Positions 1-11,797 of a DNA stretch of 64,000 bases are shown here, one piece after another; the stretch's first letter is position 1, and each line of letters starts with the position of its first letter. Location of the stretch: contig JAUQVK010000067.1 in assembly GCA_039794845.1 (NCBI GenBank), positions 32,001 through 96,000 of the forward strand. Direction: 5' to 3'. The notes under the pieces are model-generated. The model was not told where the DNA came from. It saw only the letters and a program-made list of their open reading frames with translations, and made no database searches. Both the position numbers and the translations under genes were made by a program. Source of the stretch: Thermostichus sp. DRC_bins_24 (GTDB lineage: Bacteria > Cyanobacteriota > Cyanobacteriia > Thermostichales > Thermostichaceae).

Positions 1-266
1 GAAATCATTCTTGCCTGTCAGGAGTATGGGATCCCCAAACTAGAAAACTAGAGGTTTTTGCTTCTGCGGCTTGTAGCACTGACTTTGATCCCGACAAGAG
101 TGATGCTGATTTCCTAGTGGAGTTCATTCTTGAGAAAGAGGAGGATCCCTTGAAAGATTTCTTTAGCTTTCATAGAAGGTTAATCCATATCCTGAACAGA
201 AAAGTTGATTTGATAGAGGATGGAAGCACAAGGACTGAACTTCACTTGAACATTTGGAGATTATAA
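1..266 (+). pseudogene. Minimal nucleotidyltransferase (MNT, HEPN-MNT antitoxin-like) remnant, 5'-truncated by window edge and frameshifted
   Basis: Frame 1 reads EIILACQEYGIPKLEN-stop. Removing one copy of the tandem AAACTAGA (37-44/45-52) gives KLEVFASAACSTDFDPDKSDADFLVEF...LNRKVDLIE, matching the MNT pattern (LxVFGS..., SDxDxLVEF, RKVDL). Confidence 0.75.
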
Positions 267-268
267 TC

Positions 269-1579
269 ATGACCACAACCCTCACAACCACTAAACTTCC
301 TCCTTCTACTCATCCGTATGCAGATGTAATCCATCGCCTAGAAGCCGGGGGATCCATGCTGCCGGATACCCCAGAGAATTTGATGCAGATCATCGGGCTT
401 TACAAAGCTTATGCAGTGCCCATGGATTTTTATTGGCGGGATCTGCTTTACATTGCGGAACAGGTCTTTGTGGATCCATTGCCCTTTTTCAAGTTCATTA
501 TCCCCGATGAATATCTCAAGTTGGCCAATCACTATGCGGGAGATAATGCCGACTTGCGAATTTGGCGAGGGATCGATACGGCTCATCCGGAATTGTTGGA
601 GTTCATGGAAAAAGGGGAGCTAAAGCGTAAACTTCCTCGTATTTTGCATCACCTTTGGCATGACCGAATCAACATGGAATTTGCCGAAGAATGTATGCGG
701 GCGATGCTTTGGCACCGGGATATGGGGGGTCTGTTGGATCCCTACATGGACTCAGAGGAGTACAAACAAAACGCGGATCGGGCAATTCGCGCTTATGTAC
801 AGGGAAATCCGTTGCTACAGGGCCTGTATAAGCTTTTCCCCGATATGTTTATGGAGCTATGTCGCCAAGCCACGATGTATTCGGTGCTGGGCTTGTTTTG
901 GGAGATTATGGCCCCGGTCTTTTTTGAAATGAGTGACCTTTATGACGAGGGCAAACTCACCAGCGTGCCGGAGGCAATGAACTTTTTGGTGAATGGGATC
1001 TTTGCCATTGCTGGACGACCCATCTATCACCGGGTGCGAATTCGAGGAGAATGGTACGACATTGTGCCCAAGTCTAAGGGCTTTACTTGGCTGTATGAAG
1101 CGGCTTTTCCCTATGTAGAGGCAGTGTTTTATCGCACTTCTCCCTTCCGCGGTACCAAGTCCTACAATGCCCAGGCCAATCAAATTCCCACCAATCAACT
1201 GGATTTTCATTACGGCATCCTGTATGCAGATAAGTTCCCGGTTGGCACAGCCGGGATCCCACCGACGCTTTTGCACCAGGATATGTACCACTTCTTGCCC
1301 CAGTATTTGGTGGATTATTATCGCCAGCACTGCCGCGGAGATGAGGATATGCTGATTCAGCTGGGGGTTAGCTTTCAGCGCTCCATGTACAACGTGACCT
1401 CAGCAGTTATCCAGGCCGGTAGAGCGGCTTTTCTCTATCCTCTGGATGATCCCAACCCCCGCCATTTAATGATGAATCGCCGTTATTTTGAGGGCCAACT
1501 GAATCGCTTTGCTCGGCCTGAATACGGGATCCGAGAGGCTGCTCGTATTACCTATATTCAAGACCAGAACTATCGCTAG
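269..1579 (+). CDS. cupA: CO2 hydration protein CupA/ChpY of the high-affinity NDH-1 complex
   Basis: [53 protein letters not shown]-terminus; followed by a fasciclin gene; ATG 269 chosen as start. Confidence 0.93.
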   Translation: MTTTLTTTKLPPSTHPYADVIHRLEAGGSMLPDTPENLMQIIGLYKAYAVPMDFYWRDLLYIAEQVFVDPLPFFKFIIPDEYLKLANHYAGDNADLRIWRGIDTAHPELLEFMEKGELKRKLPRILHHLWHDRINMEFAEECMRAMLWHRDMGGLLDPYMDSEEYKQNADRAIRAYVQGNPLLQGLYKLFPDMFMELCRQATMYSVLGLFWEIMAPVFFEMSDLYDEGKLTSVPEAMNFLVNGIFAIAGRPIYHRVRIRGEWYDIVPKSKGFTWLYEAAFPYVEAVFYRTSPFRGTKSYNAQANQIPTNQLDFHYGILYADKFPVGTAGIPPTLLHQDMYHFLPQYLVDYYRQHCRGDEDMLIQLGVSFQRSMYNVTSAVIQAGRAAFLYPLDDPNPRHLMMNRRYFEGQLNRFARPEYGIREAARITYIQDQNYR

Positions 1580-1653
1580 CTCTTCTGTTTACTCTCGGAA
1601 TTTATGTAGAAGAATCCCATCATCGATTAACCTGTGAAAGGAGGATCCCGGCT

Positions 1654-2112
1654 ATGCCCGATATCGTTGATATTGCTGTTTCTGCAGAAGGGTTTTCGAC
1701 GCTGGTGACGGCGGTGAAAGCGGCTGGTTTGGTAGATACTCTCAAAAGTCCTGGCCCGTTTACGGTGTTTGCCCCGACGGATGCTGCCTTTGCTAAGTTG
1801 CCGGCTGGGACGATTACCACCTTGGTGCAAAATATTCCCCAATTGACTCGCATTCTTTGCTATCACGTGGTGCCAGGTCGTCTGAAAAAAGCCGATTTGG
1901 CCAAATTTCAATCGGTGGGATCCGTAGAGGGCTCCGCCATTGACTTGACCATTGAGGAGGATATCTTTGAGGTCAACAACGCCACGGTAATCCAGGCGGA
2001 TATCGAGGCAGACAATGGCATCATTCATGTCATCGATACGGTGATTTTGATGCGCCCCCATTGGTTCTGGCCGATCATGAATTCCAAACTAGCGGCCGCT
2101 GCGGAAGCGTGA
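1654..2112 (+). CDS. cupS: Fasciclin-domain protein CupS
   Basis: [13 protein letters not shown] and [13 protein letters not shown] fasciclin motifs; directly downstream of cupA. Confidence 0.88.
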   Translation: MPDIVDIAVSAEGFSTLVTAVKAAGLVDTLKSPGPFTVFAPTDAAFAKLPAGTITTLVQNIPQLTRILCYHVVPGRLKKADLAKFQSVGSVEGSAIDLTIEEDIFEVNNATVIQADIEADNGIIHVIDTVILMRPHWFWPIMNSKLAAAAEA

Positions 2113-2136
2113 ACGGATGTAACGCCTGGGAAAACG

Positions 2137-2150
2137 GTAGCTGAAAACAC
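2137..2150 (+). promoter_or_regulatory. Possible imperfect NtcA box (GTA-N8-CAC)
   Basis: GTAGCTGAAAACAC 60 bp upstream of the ATP-grasp gene; one mismatch to GTA-N8-TAC; no clean -10 at the canonical spacing. Confidence 0.3.
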
Positions 2151-2210
2151 ATTTTGTGGAGGAAGGGCAACCAACAGTAGAAAGGGGATAATGTTTAAGG
2201 AATCCTGGAC

Positions 2211-3671
<1,461 letters not shown>

Positions 3672-3705
3672 GGGTGTTGATGGGTTTGAGGGCTATCCGT
3701 CCTCA

Positions 3706-4275
3706 TCACCTGGTGCGAAACTTCTTGAAAGCATTCGGATGGCCAAACTTGCCGAAACGGCTGGCGTGCTGATGGGCCAGATCCACGTAGTGCCGAGCAT
3801 GGATGCGCAACTTTTCCACCTCGTCATCGGTAAGGGTGCGAATGGTTTTTGCCGGGGTACCTACCGCCAAAGAACGCGGCGGCACCGACTGGGTAACCAC
3901 GGCTCCGGCACCGATAATGCTGCCTGCCCCGATGGTGACGCCGTTCAGGATGATGGCCCCAATGCCGATCAGGCATCCCCCCTGAATGCGGGCACTGTGA
4001 AGAACGGCCCGATGGCCTACGGTTACCTCTTCCCCGATGATCGTTGGTTGGTCGGGATCCCCGTGTACAATCGCCCCATCTTGGATGTTGGTGCAGCGGC
4101 CAATGGTAATGGGTGAGATATCCCCCCGCAGGATGGCTCCGTACCAGATGCTCACGGATTCTGAGAGTTCGACGGTGCCGATCAAGGTGGCATTGGCAGC
4201 AATAAAGGCGGCCTCCTCCATGCCGGTGGGCTGTTGATCCAACCAAATGGGCCAGGCGTCCTGTTCTTCTTGCAT
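3706..4275 (-). CDS. Gamma-carbonic-anhydrase-like hexapeptide-repeat protein (YrdA/PaaY family)
   Basis: [20 protein letters not shown] and TVGHRAVLH motifs with metal-ligand histidines. Confidence 0.88.
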   Translation of the reverse strand: MQEEQDAWPIWLDQQPTGMEEAAFIAANATLIGTVELSESVSIWYGAILRGDISPITIGRCTNIQDGAIVHGDPDQPTIIGEEVTVGHRAVLHSARIQGGCLIGIGAIILNGVTIGAGSIIGAGAVVTQSVPPRSLAVGTPAKTIRTLTDDEVEKLRIHARHYVDLAHQHASRFGKFGHPNAFKKFRTR

Positions 4276-4368
4276 TTAGCGGATCCCCCAAGGTTGGGAG
4301 AGCTTGTCTGGACAACAACGCATGGGCAGTGAATCCTTCTCGACGGGAGCTTGGCCGATCTACCCAAC

Positions 4369-5000
4369 TCAAGTGCAGGTTTTGAGGGCGACGATATCGG
4401 CTCCTGAGATCTTATCCAGATTCCGGCTGATCTTTTCGATATCCCAATTCCACCAGGCAATTTGCAACAGCTCCTGAATCACCGCCTCGGAAAAGCGTTG
4501 CCGCAGCACTCGGGCAGGGTTTCCCGCCACAATTGCATAGGGGGGCACATCTCGACTCACCACCGCCTTCGCCCCAATAATGGCGCCATCGCCCACTTTT
4601 ACCCCGGGTAGCAGCGTGGCCTGGTAGCCAATCCAAACATCGTTGCCGATGAGGGTATCTCCCTTAAAGGGGAAAGCCTCGGGGGGGGGTCGGATCCCTC
4701 CCAGCCGTTGCCAAAAATGAAAAAGGGGAAGCTGGAAAACCCGGCAATCGCGTGATTAGCCCCGTTCATGATGAAAGTTACGCCGCGAGCAATGACACAA
4801 AATTTGCCGATGATCAGGCGATCTCCCACGAAAGGATAGTGATACAAAACATTGCGTTGGAAATCTTCCGAGTTTTCAGGATCATCGTAGTAGGTGTAGT
4901 CGCCGATTACGATGTTTGGATTGGAGACCGTATTTTTGATGAAGCAAATTTGTGGAAAACCCATCATCGGATGGGGGTTGTTTGCGTCGGGGCCATTCAT
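4369..5000 (-). pseudogene. Vat/CatB-family xenobiotic O-acetyltransferase, frameshifted at a G9 tract
   Basis: N-half NPNIVIGDYTYYDD...MNGANH; after the tract at 4681-4689 another frame continues [54 protein letters not shown]...IAWWNW. Confidence 0.85.
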
Positions 5001-6001
5001 GTCAGTTGGACTTGGCGTTGAGAGGGTAAAGAAGGTTCGGCAGGTTGAAGCGGTTGAATAGCAAAGAAGGTTTCATAGATGCGCTCCCCAACTCGGTTCA
5101 TTTGCAGTTGCAAATTATCGAGAAACTCGTGTAGGCCTTGTTCCATGATGTCATCGATGGTCAAGTAATCCAATTCCGAGCGCAACCGCCCCAAGGCCCG
5201 CTCGGTGGGATCCCGCCAGGTACCCATTGGGGTGCCCGTAATCTCGTGGAGAGAGCGATCCGCCTGAATCAGACAAAACTGAATTGAGCGAGGAAATTGG
5301 CGATCCAAAATCAGGAAGGAGGCCACCTCTTGGGGATTAATACGATGTAGGCGACTGTACTTGCGATACATTTCATAGGCACTGGCAGATTTAAGCAGGG
5401 CAATCCACTGCAACTCATCCAAAGTGGTACCCACATACTGCACGGAGGGCAGCAGAATAAAGTATTTCACATCCAAAATGCGTGCGGTTTTGTCGGCCCG
5501 TTCCAACAGGCGACCAATTTGACCAAAATGCCAGCCTTCACCGTGGGTCATCGTGGCATCCATCACCCCCGCAAACAGGTGACTGGCCAACTTTACTTCC
5601 GTAAAAAAATCGTGCCATTGGCTTAAATTTTTTCCTTGTTGGGCGGCCTCTTTCACCATCAAATAAAATCGATTCACCCGCTCCCACATTTCTGAGGAGA
5701 TCACCTCCCGTACAGAACGGGCATTTTCGCGTGCGCACCGCAGGCAGGAAAGAATCGAGTTGGGATAATCCCTATCAAAAGCGAGAAATTGGACGACCGT
5801 TTCCTGGGTGGCTTCGCCGTAGCGCTGATAGAAAAGCTCTTGATCACCCGTGGTATAGACGATCGGATCCCATTGTTGGGCCATGCCACTGGGGGAATCC
5901 AAGATGAGATTCAGATTCACGTCGACAAATCGGGCGATATTTTCCGCACGCTCCACGTACCGATTTAACCAGTAGATCGAATCTGCCACCCGACTCAACA
6001 T
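4997..6001 (-). CDS. Alpha-E domain protein (DUF403), partner of circularly permuted ATP-grasp proteins
   Basis: MLSRVADSIYWLNRYVERAEN, ARENARSVRE.IS.EMWE and LERADKTARILDVK ER motifs; start set at ATG 6001. Confidence 0.92.
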   Translation of the reverse strand: MLSRVADSIYWLNRYVERAENIARFVDVNLNLILDSPSGMAQQWDPIVYTTGDQELFYQRYGEATQETVVQFLAFDRDYPNSILSCLRCARENARSVREVISSEMWERVNRFYLMVKEAAQQGKNLSQWHDFFTEVKLASHLFAGVMDATMTHGEGWHFGQIGRLLERADKTARILDVKYFILLPSVQYVGTTLDELQWIALLKSASAYEMYRKYSRLHRINPQEVASFLILDRQFPRSIQFCLIQADRSLHEITGTPMGTWRDPTERALGRLRSELDYLTIDDIMEQGLHEFLDNLQLQMNRVGERIYETFFAIQPLQPAEPSLPSQRQVQLT

Positions 6002-7908
6002 GCTTCTGTTTCCTCCTGTAAAGTTTGCTTTGCCCATCTGGGATCCAAGCCCAAGATCATCATCACCCTCCGCAACTTAGTCAGCAGTACCGCTGTCAGC
6101 CCCGTCATGGTCAGTCCCAGCCAATCCACGGGGGTGCCCAGATAGCGTACCCGGATCCGATGCGCTCCAGGAGGGATCCGCACCCGTATCTGCCCCAGTC
6201 CGGTTTGCTCTGCCGGCTGAAGACGGCCATCCATCTCGACCCACCAGGCAGGGTAATAAAAGGTGCGGATCACTACAAATTGCTCTCTATCAGTGGGGTT
6301 AACCGCTCGAAAACGGCGGTAGCCATAGCTCCAACGCTCCACCTGCAGATCGGCTTCAGATGGTTGCCCTCGCTCCCCAGCCGTTAGAGAGTCCCTGAGG
6401 TTGCCCTGCCAACGCACCAGCGGCTCCACCTCAGGAGGCGGCATCGGGAGCGTTACCCCGTGGGCGCGATATTCCGGCACATCCACCAACGCCAGTCCAT
6501 CTGGAAAGATCCAGTGCCAGTAGAGAAAGGGGGTACCCGGACGTTGTTGAGGCTCGATCGGGAACTGCTTAGCCGCCGAGAGGGTATGAAAGGTTTGGAT
6601 CACCTGCGGCTGAAAGCTCGTTCGGCCCAACACTTGCCACCCCAGCCCAACCTGGACCACGACCGCCAAGGCCGTTCCCAAAAGGATCGGATACCGCCAG
6701 CTTTTTCGGTTCCAACCCCATCCCACTAGGGATCCCAATAGCCAGGGCACCGTCACGGCGGTGATTCCCATCCAACGCCAGGAAAACTGGATGCGCTGCA
6801 GGGGTAAAACCCAGTCGTAGAGCCAACTGAGCAGATCCGTCATCATCATCAGCGGGATCAGACTCACCCCGAGGCTGTAAAGCAGCAAGTCTCCGTGGGG
6901 CAGGGGTAAACAGGTATTGGAAGAGAGGTTGGAGCTCGGAACATCCGGAGCGGTTGGTGAGGGAGTTCCCCTGTTCAGCCACCCGCCCACCAGCAGCAGG
7001 ATCCCCGTTGCCAGCACCACCGCTACCATCCAGCCCCAGTATCCCAGCAAGTTGCTCTCAAACCAGTGCTCGGTCAACTGGGGTTGCAACTGAGTTAAGC
7101 CGCTCAGCATCAGGCGCTTTTGGGGCAGATAATCCTCGGCAAAGTTGACCAAATCCACCTGGATCAGGCGCTGATCCAAAAAGGCGGGCACCAGAAAGAA
7201 ACTCGACCACCCCAACCCCAGAGCAACTCCCAAATAGGAGCGCCCCAGCTTGGGCCAAAAGGGATCCCGCCAACGCAGCACCCAGGGTAACGGCAACCAA
7301 ACCAGAGTAAACAGCAACAACGTCGGCAAATGGGACAGTACCAACAAGCCATAGCCGGTCGCCAATGCCCCAACCGGCCACAGGGCTCTGGGTCGGCGAA
7401 TCACCTGACCAGAAGCCCAGAAAATCCAGGGCAAAAGGGCAATCGCCCACACTTCGCCGATGGCTCCCCGTTGGTAGATATCCACCAGCCAATAGGGCCC
7501 AGCCATGCCCATCAGAGCCAAAATCAGGGCCAAAGCTCGCGGCACCAGCGGTTGGATAAGGGCGTAAAGACCTGCCCCAAATACCCCCATGGCCAAGCCC
7601 ATACTGGCCACCAAAGAAGCGGGCATTGCCAGCCCCACCATACGGAAGGGCAAGGTGGCCACCATACACAGGGGTGGGTAAAAGGCAAAGGTGGCATTGC
7701 CAAAGCCAAAATTAGAAAACTCCAACCAGCGGGGGTAAAATTGCCCGCCGAAAAACTGCCGCTGATATTGGAAGGCCCAACTGAGATTAAAGTGCGTGGA
7801 ATGGGTAATCGGGTAGCCTTGGTGTAGCATGGGCCAGAGCCAAAACAACACCCCTCCCCCTATCCCAATCGCCCAGAGAATTCCGGGATAACGCAACACG
7901 TTCAGCAT
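5995..7908 (-). CDS. Polytopic membrane protein, GT-C/YfhO-like (PTPS-related membrane family)
   Basis: YPRWL..NFGFG...FYPP, YQRGAIGE, many hydrophobic helices and C-terminal FYYPAWWVEMDG...VRIPPGAHRIRVRY. Confidence 0.7.
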   Translation of the reverse strand: MLNVLRYPGILWAIGIGGGVLFWLWPMLHQGYPITHSTHFNLSWAFQYQRQFFGGQFYPRWLEFSNFGFGNATFAFYPPLCMVATLPFRMVGLAMPASLVASMGLAMGVFGAGLYALIQPLVPRALALILALMGMAGPYWLVDIYQRGAIGEVWAIALLPWIFWASGQVIRRPRALWPVGALATGYGLLVLSHLPTLLLFTLVWLPLPWVLRWRDPFWPKLGRSYLGVALGLGWSSFFLVPAFLDQRLIQVDLVNFAEDYLPQKRLMLSGLTQLQPQLTEHWFESNLLGYWGWMVAVVLATGILLLVGGWLNRGTPSPTAPDVPSSNLSSNTCLPLPHGDLLLYSLGVSLIPLMMMTDLLSWLYDWVLPLQRIQFSWRWMGITAVTVPWLLGSLVGWGWNRKSWRYPILLGTALAVVVQVGLGWQVLGRTSFQPQVIQTFHTLSAAKQFPIEPQQRPGTPFLYWHWIFPDGLALVDVPEYRAHGVTLPMPPPEVEPLVRWQGNLRDSLTAGERGQPSEADLQVERWSYGYRRFRAVNPTDREQFVVIRTFYYPAWWVEMDGRLQPAEQTGLGQIRVRIPPGAHRIRVRYLGTPVDWLGLTMTGLTAVLLTKLRRVMMILGLDPRWAKQTLQEETEAC

Positions 7909-7910
7909 CC

Positions 7911-8465
7911 TTAGGGTTCGGGGGGGTTCTGTTCCGCCTCAAAAGGCCCAGATTTGCCCCCATATTTGCGTAACAAACGGATATTTTCGATCACCATCGT
8001 CTTTTCCAGAGCTTTGGCCATGTCGTAGAGGGTGAGAGCCGCCACAGAAACGGCGGTGAGGGCTTCCATTTCCACTCCCGTTTGGGCGTTGGTTTTGACG
8101 GTAGCGGTGATCAAAAAACCGGGCAGGTGGGGATCCGGATCCAGATCCACTTTGATGCTGCTCAGGGGTAAGGGATGACAAAGCGGGATCAGATCGGCGG
8201 TGCGCTTCGCGGCCATGATCCCTGCCAGCCGAGCTGTTTCCACCACATTGCCCTTGGAGAGCTTGCGATCAGAGCCTGCCTGAGCTGCCAAAATGGCCTG
8301 AAGGGTGGCTTCCGTCATGCGGACCTGACCCTGTGCGGCGGCCAAACGGGCGGTAATGGGCTTGTCTCCCACCTCCACCATGCGAATTTGGCCGGACTTA
8401 TCCAGGTGGGTAAGGGTTGGGCCCGCGTCAGAAGGTGAATCTGGCAGCACCACGGCCTCCCACAA
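7911..8465 (-). CDS. moaC: Cyclic pyranopterin monophosphate synthase
   Basis: [19 protein letters not shown] and [12 protein letters not shown] motifs; exact start uncertain. Confidence 0.95.
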   Translation of the reverse strand: MWEAVVLPDSPSDAGPTLTHLDKSGQIRMVEVGDKPITARLAAAQGQVRMTEATLQAILAAQAGSDRKLSKGNVVETARLAGIMAAKRTADLIPLCHPLPLSSIKVDLDPDPHLPGFLITATVKTNAQTGVEMEALTAVSVAALTLYDMAKALEKTMVIENIRLLRKYGGKSGPFEAEQNPPEP

Positions 8466-8524
8466 TCTCTAGCGTTCAGAGGGTAAAGGTCAGAATGGTT
8501 CCAGACCGGAACAGCTTCAGACCA

Positions 8525-9016
8525 TCAGTAGCGAATCCAGGCGTAGGCAGCATCGGAGAGCACCGGCACTTCGGCATAGTGGCTGCGAATGTTTTGCACC
8601 CAAGCATAGACGGTGATGGCAATGACCCCCAACAAAGCCGTGGTGGCCAAAACCCCGGTGATCATCCCCAGGCTGAGGCTGCCAAGGAGCACACCCAGCA
8701 CCTGCATCAGCAGCTGCACCAAAAACAACACAATGTTCAACAGCAGCGCCTGGATTGTGTTGAACCGGACGAAATGGGCGACGCGGGGGTTGCGAACCAC
8801 CAAGAACAGCAGTGCCAAGAACACGCCCATGCCCAACCAGCCCGTGGCAAAGGGTACCAACCGAAACAGAGGAGCAAAAATTGGGATCAGCCCCGGAACC
8901 GAGCGAAACAGCCCCGAGGGCACGAAGCCAAAGGGTAAAGCCGATACCAAAGGCAATAGATAGGGAAGGGATCCCCACAGCCGATTGATGGGAGTAATTT
9001 CGCCGCGCCAGGTCAT
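8525..9016 (-). CDS. Tic20/Ycf60-family membrane protein
   Basis: LPYLLPL, LVVRNPRVAHFVRFNTIQALLL and YAEVPVLSDAA motifs. Confidence 0.88.
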   Translation of the reverse strand: MTWRGEITPINRLWGSLPYLLPLVSALPFGFVPSGLFRSVPGLIPIFAPLFRLVPFATGWLGMGVFLALLFLVVRNPRVAHFVRFNTIQALLLNIVLFLVQLLMQVLGVLLGSLSLGMITGVLATTALLGVIAITVYAWVQNIRSHYAEVPVLSDAAYAWIRY

Positions 9017-9247
9017 AATCCGTTGATCCCCTTGGGTGCAGTGGTCATTTGAGTTGCAAGCTCAGTCCGCTTGTTGGTGCGCTCTCGGGATCCCGATGAA
9101 TCTGAAAATGAGAAGGGAGAAGCCACATCCAAGCCGAAACCTTGCGCCCATTGTAGTCGATGGATTTTCTTGGGCTCAACGCGCTTGACCGCAAGCTGGC
9201 TTCCTAATTGCGGGCGAATGAACCCATTCAACGGAAAAATGTTCAGA

Positions 9248-9793
9248 ATGAGCGTTCCAATGGATTTGGATTGGTATAATCAACAGCAACTTCTGACTGT
9301 ACTGGGTTTTTCGGCCTCCACCATGAAGATCTCATCGTCTGCTGCTCGCTTTGTCGGAGCTTTTCTCTGGCAAGCGTGGTCTGGGTTGATTGGCTTTTTG
9401 AATGATCGGTTGCTGCCCGAGCGCTATCACGTTCAGCCCGAGGCTTTGCCTGAGTGGATTGCTCGCGTTTGGGCCAATTATCTGCGCTATCGGGAAGTGT
9501 CTCGTCCGGGGGCGGTGCAGTTCCGTGGGCTGACAGTGGATCCCGGCGTTGTTCAGGATCCCCGCTCGGTTCGCCTGGGATCCCGTCCGCTGTACTACCG
9601 CGGTTGTCCTGTTGAGACGGTGGCCTATTCTGGGGATCCGACTCCAGCCAGCCAGCTCAAGTCTGAAAGCGCTTTTGTTCCCCCCTACTGGAAGCTGCTC
9701 AATACCCTGCGCCTGAAGTTGAACTTGGCGGATGTCGACCGCTACCAGGTGACTCCAGAGCTGCAGCGGGCTTATCGTGGCCAAGAGTTTTGA
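9248..9793 (+). CDS. Hypothetical protein with repeated (Y/F)RG motifs, DUF4278-like
   Basis: Open frame with QFRG, YYRG and AYRG motifs; start uncertain (9239, 9248 or 9260). Confidence 0.5.
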   Translation: MSVPMDLDWYNQQQLLTVLGFSASTMKISSSAARFVGAFLWQAWSGLIGFLNDRLLPERYHVQPEALPEWIARVWANYLRYREVSRPGAVQFRGLTVDPGVVQDPRSVRLGSRPLYYRGCPVETVAYSGDPTPASQLKSESAFVPPYWKLLNTLRLKLNLADVDRYQVTPELQRAYRGQEF

Positions 9794-9814
9794 TAAACAA
9801 GTTGGTTTGTGGTG

Positions 9815-9850
9815 CAAGGGATCCCGGTGTTGAGTTGGGATCCCTTTTTT
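9815..9850 (+). terminator. Probable intrinsic terminator built from two GGGATCCC copies
   Basis: AAGGGGATCCC...GGGATCCCTTTTTT between convergent genes. Confidence 0.5.
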
Positions 9851-9879
9851 GTGCCCTTAGGCTGGTCTGGGGATGGGGG

Positions 9880-10425
9880 TTAGAGGCCGGAACACTGATC
9901 TTCTTTGCTGCCGGCGCTGTTGTTGCCGCCGGTTGGGGCCGGGGTATTTTCCTTACATTGCAGGTTTTCGCGGATCCGGTTATCGGCGAGGGTAAGGCCG
10001 CCCCGATTTTTCACAGCTTGTAAGTTCCCCTCCACATCGTTGGCGGTGGCGTTAAGGGCGCCTCGGTTCTCTTCAAATTGCAGATCTCCATCAATGGTGA
10101 CCGAAAGGATGGAGGCGGATCCCCCCTGCTTGATCTGAATGTTGCCGCCGACGCGGGAGTTGCTGGTGTTGACGGCTGCGGCTCCTTCCGCCTGGATATT
10201 GCCCGCAACCCGGATCCCGGAGGCTTGCAGAGTGGCGCCACGCCCGACTTTGAGATTGCCCTGAACCACAGTGCCACTGAGGCTGCAACTGGCCCCATCC
10301 GGCACAATCAGGTTATCGACCGTGGAGTTGCCCACGGCTCCGGTACAGCGAACGTCGTCCGCATAGGCTGCCGGGATCCCGCTGAGCAACAGCAGGGTTG
10401 TCAGCGTCAAAACTTGAGTTTTCAT
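9880..10425 (-). CDS. Secreted hypothetical protein with beta-solenoid-like repeats
   Basis: Signal peptide ending AYA; repeated V.GN(L/I)Q units; paired cysteines. Confidence 0.75.
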   Translation of the reverse strand: MKTQVLTLTTLLLLSGIPAAYADDVRCTGAVGNSTVDNLIVPDGASCSLSGTVVQGNLKVGRGATLQASGIRVAGNIQAEGAAAVNTSNSRVGGNIQIKQGGSASILSVTIDGDLQFEENRGALNATANDVEGNLQAVKNRGGLTLADNRIRENLQCKENTPAPTGGNNSAGSKEDQCSGL

Positions 10426-10708
10426 GGTGGTCTCCTGAGAGAGTTGAAATTAGAGGCTTGCTCTGTTCTTCATCTTCTGAAGTTCCGGTAAAGGGCGATA
10501 GGCGAGAACGGTCCAACTCCGGTTCTGCTTCTCGTCGGTCTGGGCGGGGCTAGTGGCGGTAGAATCTGCGCTGAAGGGCCTGCCTAAGGGATCCCACTGA
10601 AGGGAGGAGAAAGATGAGAAAGACTGCAAAAAAACTTAAGCCCCTCCCCCCGTTACGGGATAAGACCTCCTAGAGTGGATAAAGAATGAATAATGATTGG
10701 GAAACGTT

Positions 10709-11749
10709 ATGGCGAAAAGCGGTGTGCTCCTGCTGAATCTGGGGGGGCCAGAGACCCAGGCTGATGTGCAGCCCTTCCTTTACAACCTGTTTGCCGATCC
10801 GGAGCTGATCCGCCTGCCGTTTCCTTTTTTACAACCGGCCTTTGCCTGGGCCATCTCCATGTTGCGGGCCGAAAAATCCCGGCGAAACTATGCAGCTATT
10901 GGAGGAGGATCCCCGTTGCGGCGCATCACAGCTGAACAAGCTCAGGAGTTGCAGGCCCATTTGGTGGCGGAAGGCTACGATGTGCCGGTGTATGTGGCGA
11001 TGCGCTACTGGCATCCATTGACGGAATCGGTGGTGCAGCAGATCAAGGCGGATGGGATCACCCGCCTGGTGGTGGTGCCCCTTTACCCGCAATATTCCAT
11101 CAGTACGACGGGCTCGAGCTTTAAGCTTTTGGATCGGCTCTGGGCTGAGGATCCGGAATTGGCCCGCATCGAACGGCGTCAGATCTGCTCTTGGTACGAC
11201 CAACCGGACTATGTGCAGGCAATGGCGGCAGGGATCCGGGCCGGGCTGGATCAGTTTGAACGCCCCGAAGAGGTGCATGTGCTGTTTAGCGCCCACGGCA
11301 TTCCTGAAAGTTACGTGACCGTATCTGGGGATCCCTACCAACAGGAAATGGAAGCCTGTGTGAAGTTGATTTGGGATCAGGTGGGACGGGCCAACGACCA
11401 CACCCTTGCCTACCAAAGCCGGGTGGGGTCGGTGAAGTGGCTGCATCCCTACACCGAAACGGTGATTCCCGAGTTGGGATCTCGCGGGGTGAAGCATTTG
11501 TTGGTGGTGCCGATTAGCTTTGTGTCGGAGCACATCGAGACGCTGCAGGAGATCGATATCGAGTACCGAGAGCTGGCCCATCAGGCTGGGATCTGTGATT
11601 TTCGGCGGGTACCGGCTTTGAATGCCGATCCGCAGTTTATTGCCGGCTTGGTGGCGCTGGTGCGGCCCCATTTGCTCACCTCGGGTTTGGCTTCTAGTGC
11701 TTTTGCTCCGGCGGTTCATGCCACCGGTCACTCTTTTCTCGAACGTTAG
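10709..11749 (+). CDS. hemH: Ferrochelatase (no C-terminal CAB domain)
   Basis: [32 protein letters not shown] and [17 protein letters not shown] motifs. Confidence 0.96.
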   Translation: MAKSGVLLLNLGGPETQADVQPFLYNLFADPELIRLPFPFLQPAFAWAISMLRAEKSRRNYAAIGGGSPLRRITAEQAQELQAHLVAEGYDVPVYVAMRYWHPLTESVVQQIKADGITRLVVVPLYPQYSISTTGSSFKLLDRLWAEDPELARIERRQICSWYDQPDYVQAMAAGIRAGLDQFERPEEVHVLFSAHGIPESYVTVSGDPYQQEMEACVKLIWDQVGRANDHTLAYQSRVGSVKWLHPYTETVIPELGSRGVKHLLVVPISFVSEHIETLQEIDIEYRELAHQAGICDFRRVPALNADPQFIAGLVALVRPHLLTSGLASSAFAPAVHATGHSFLER

Positions 11750-11797
11750 GGTGGAATCGTTGAGTTGAGGGGAAGAGGGCCGAGGGGATAAGGGAGC

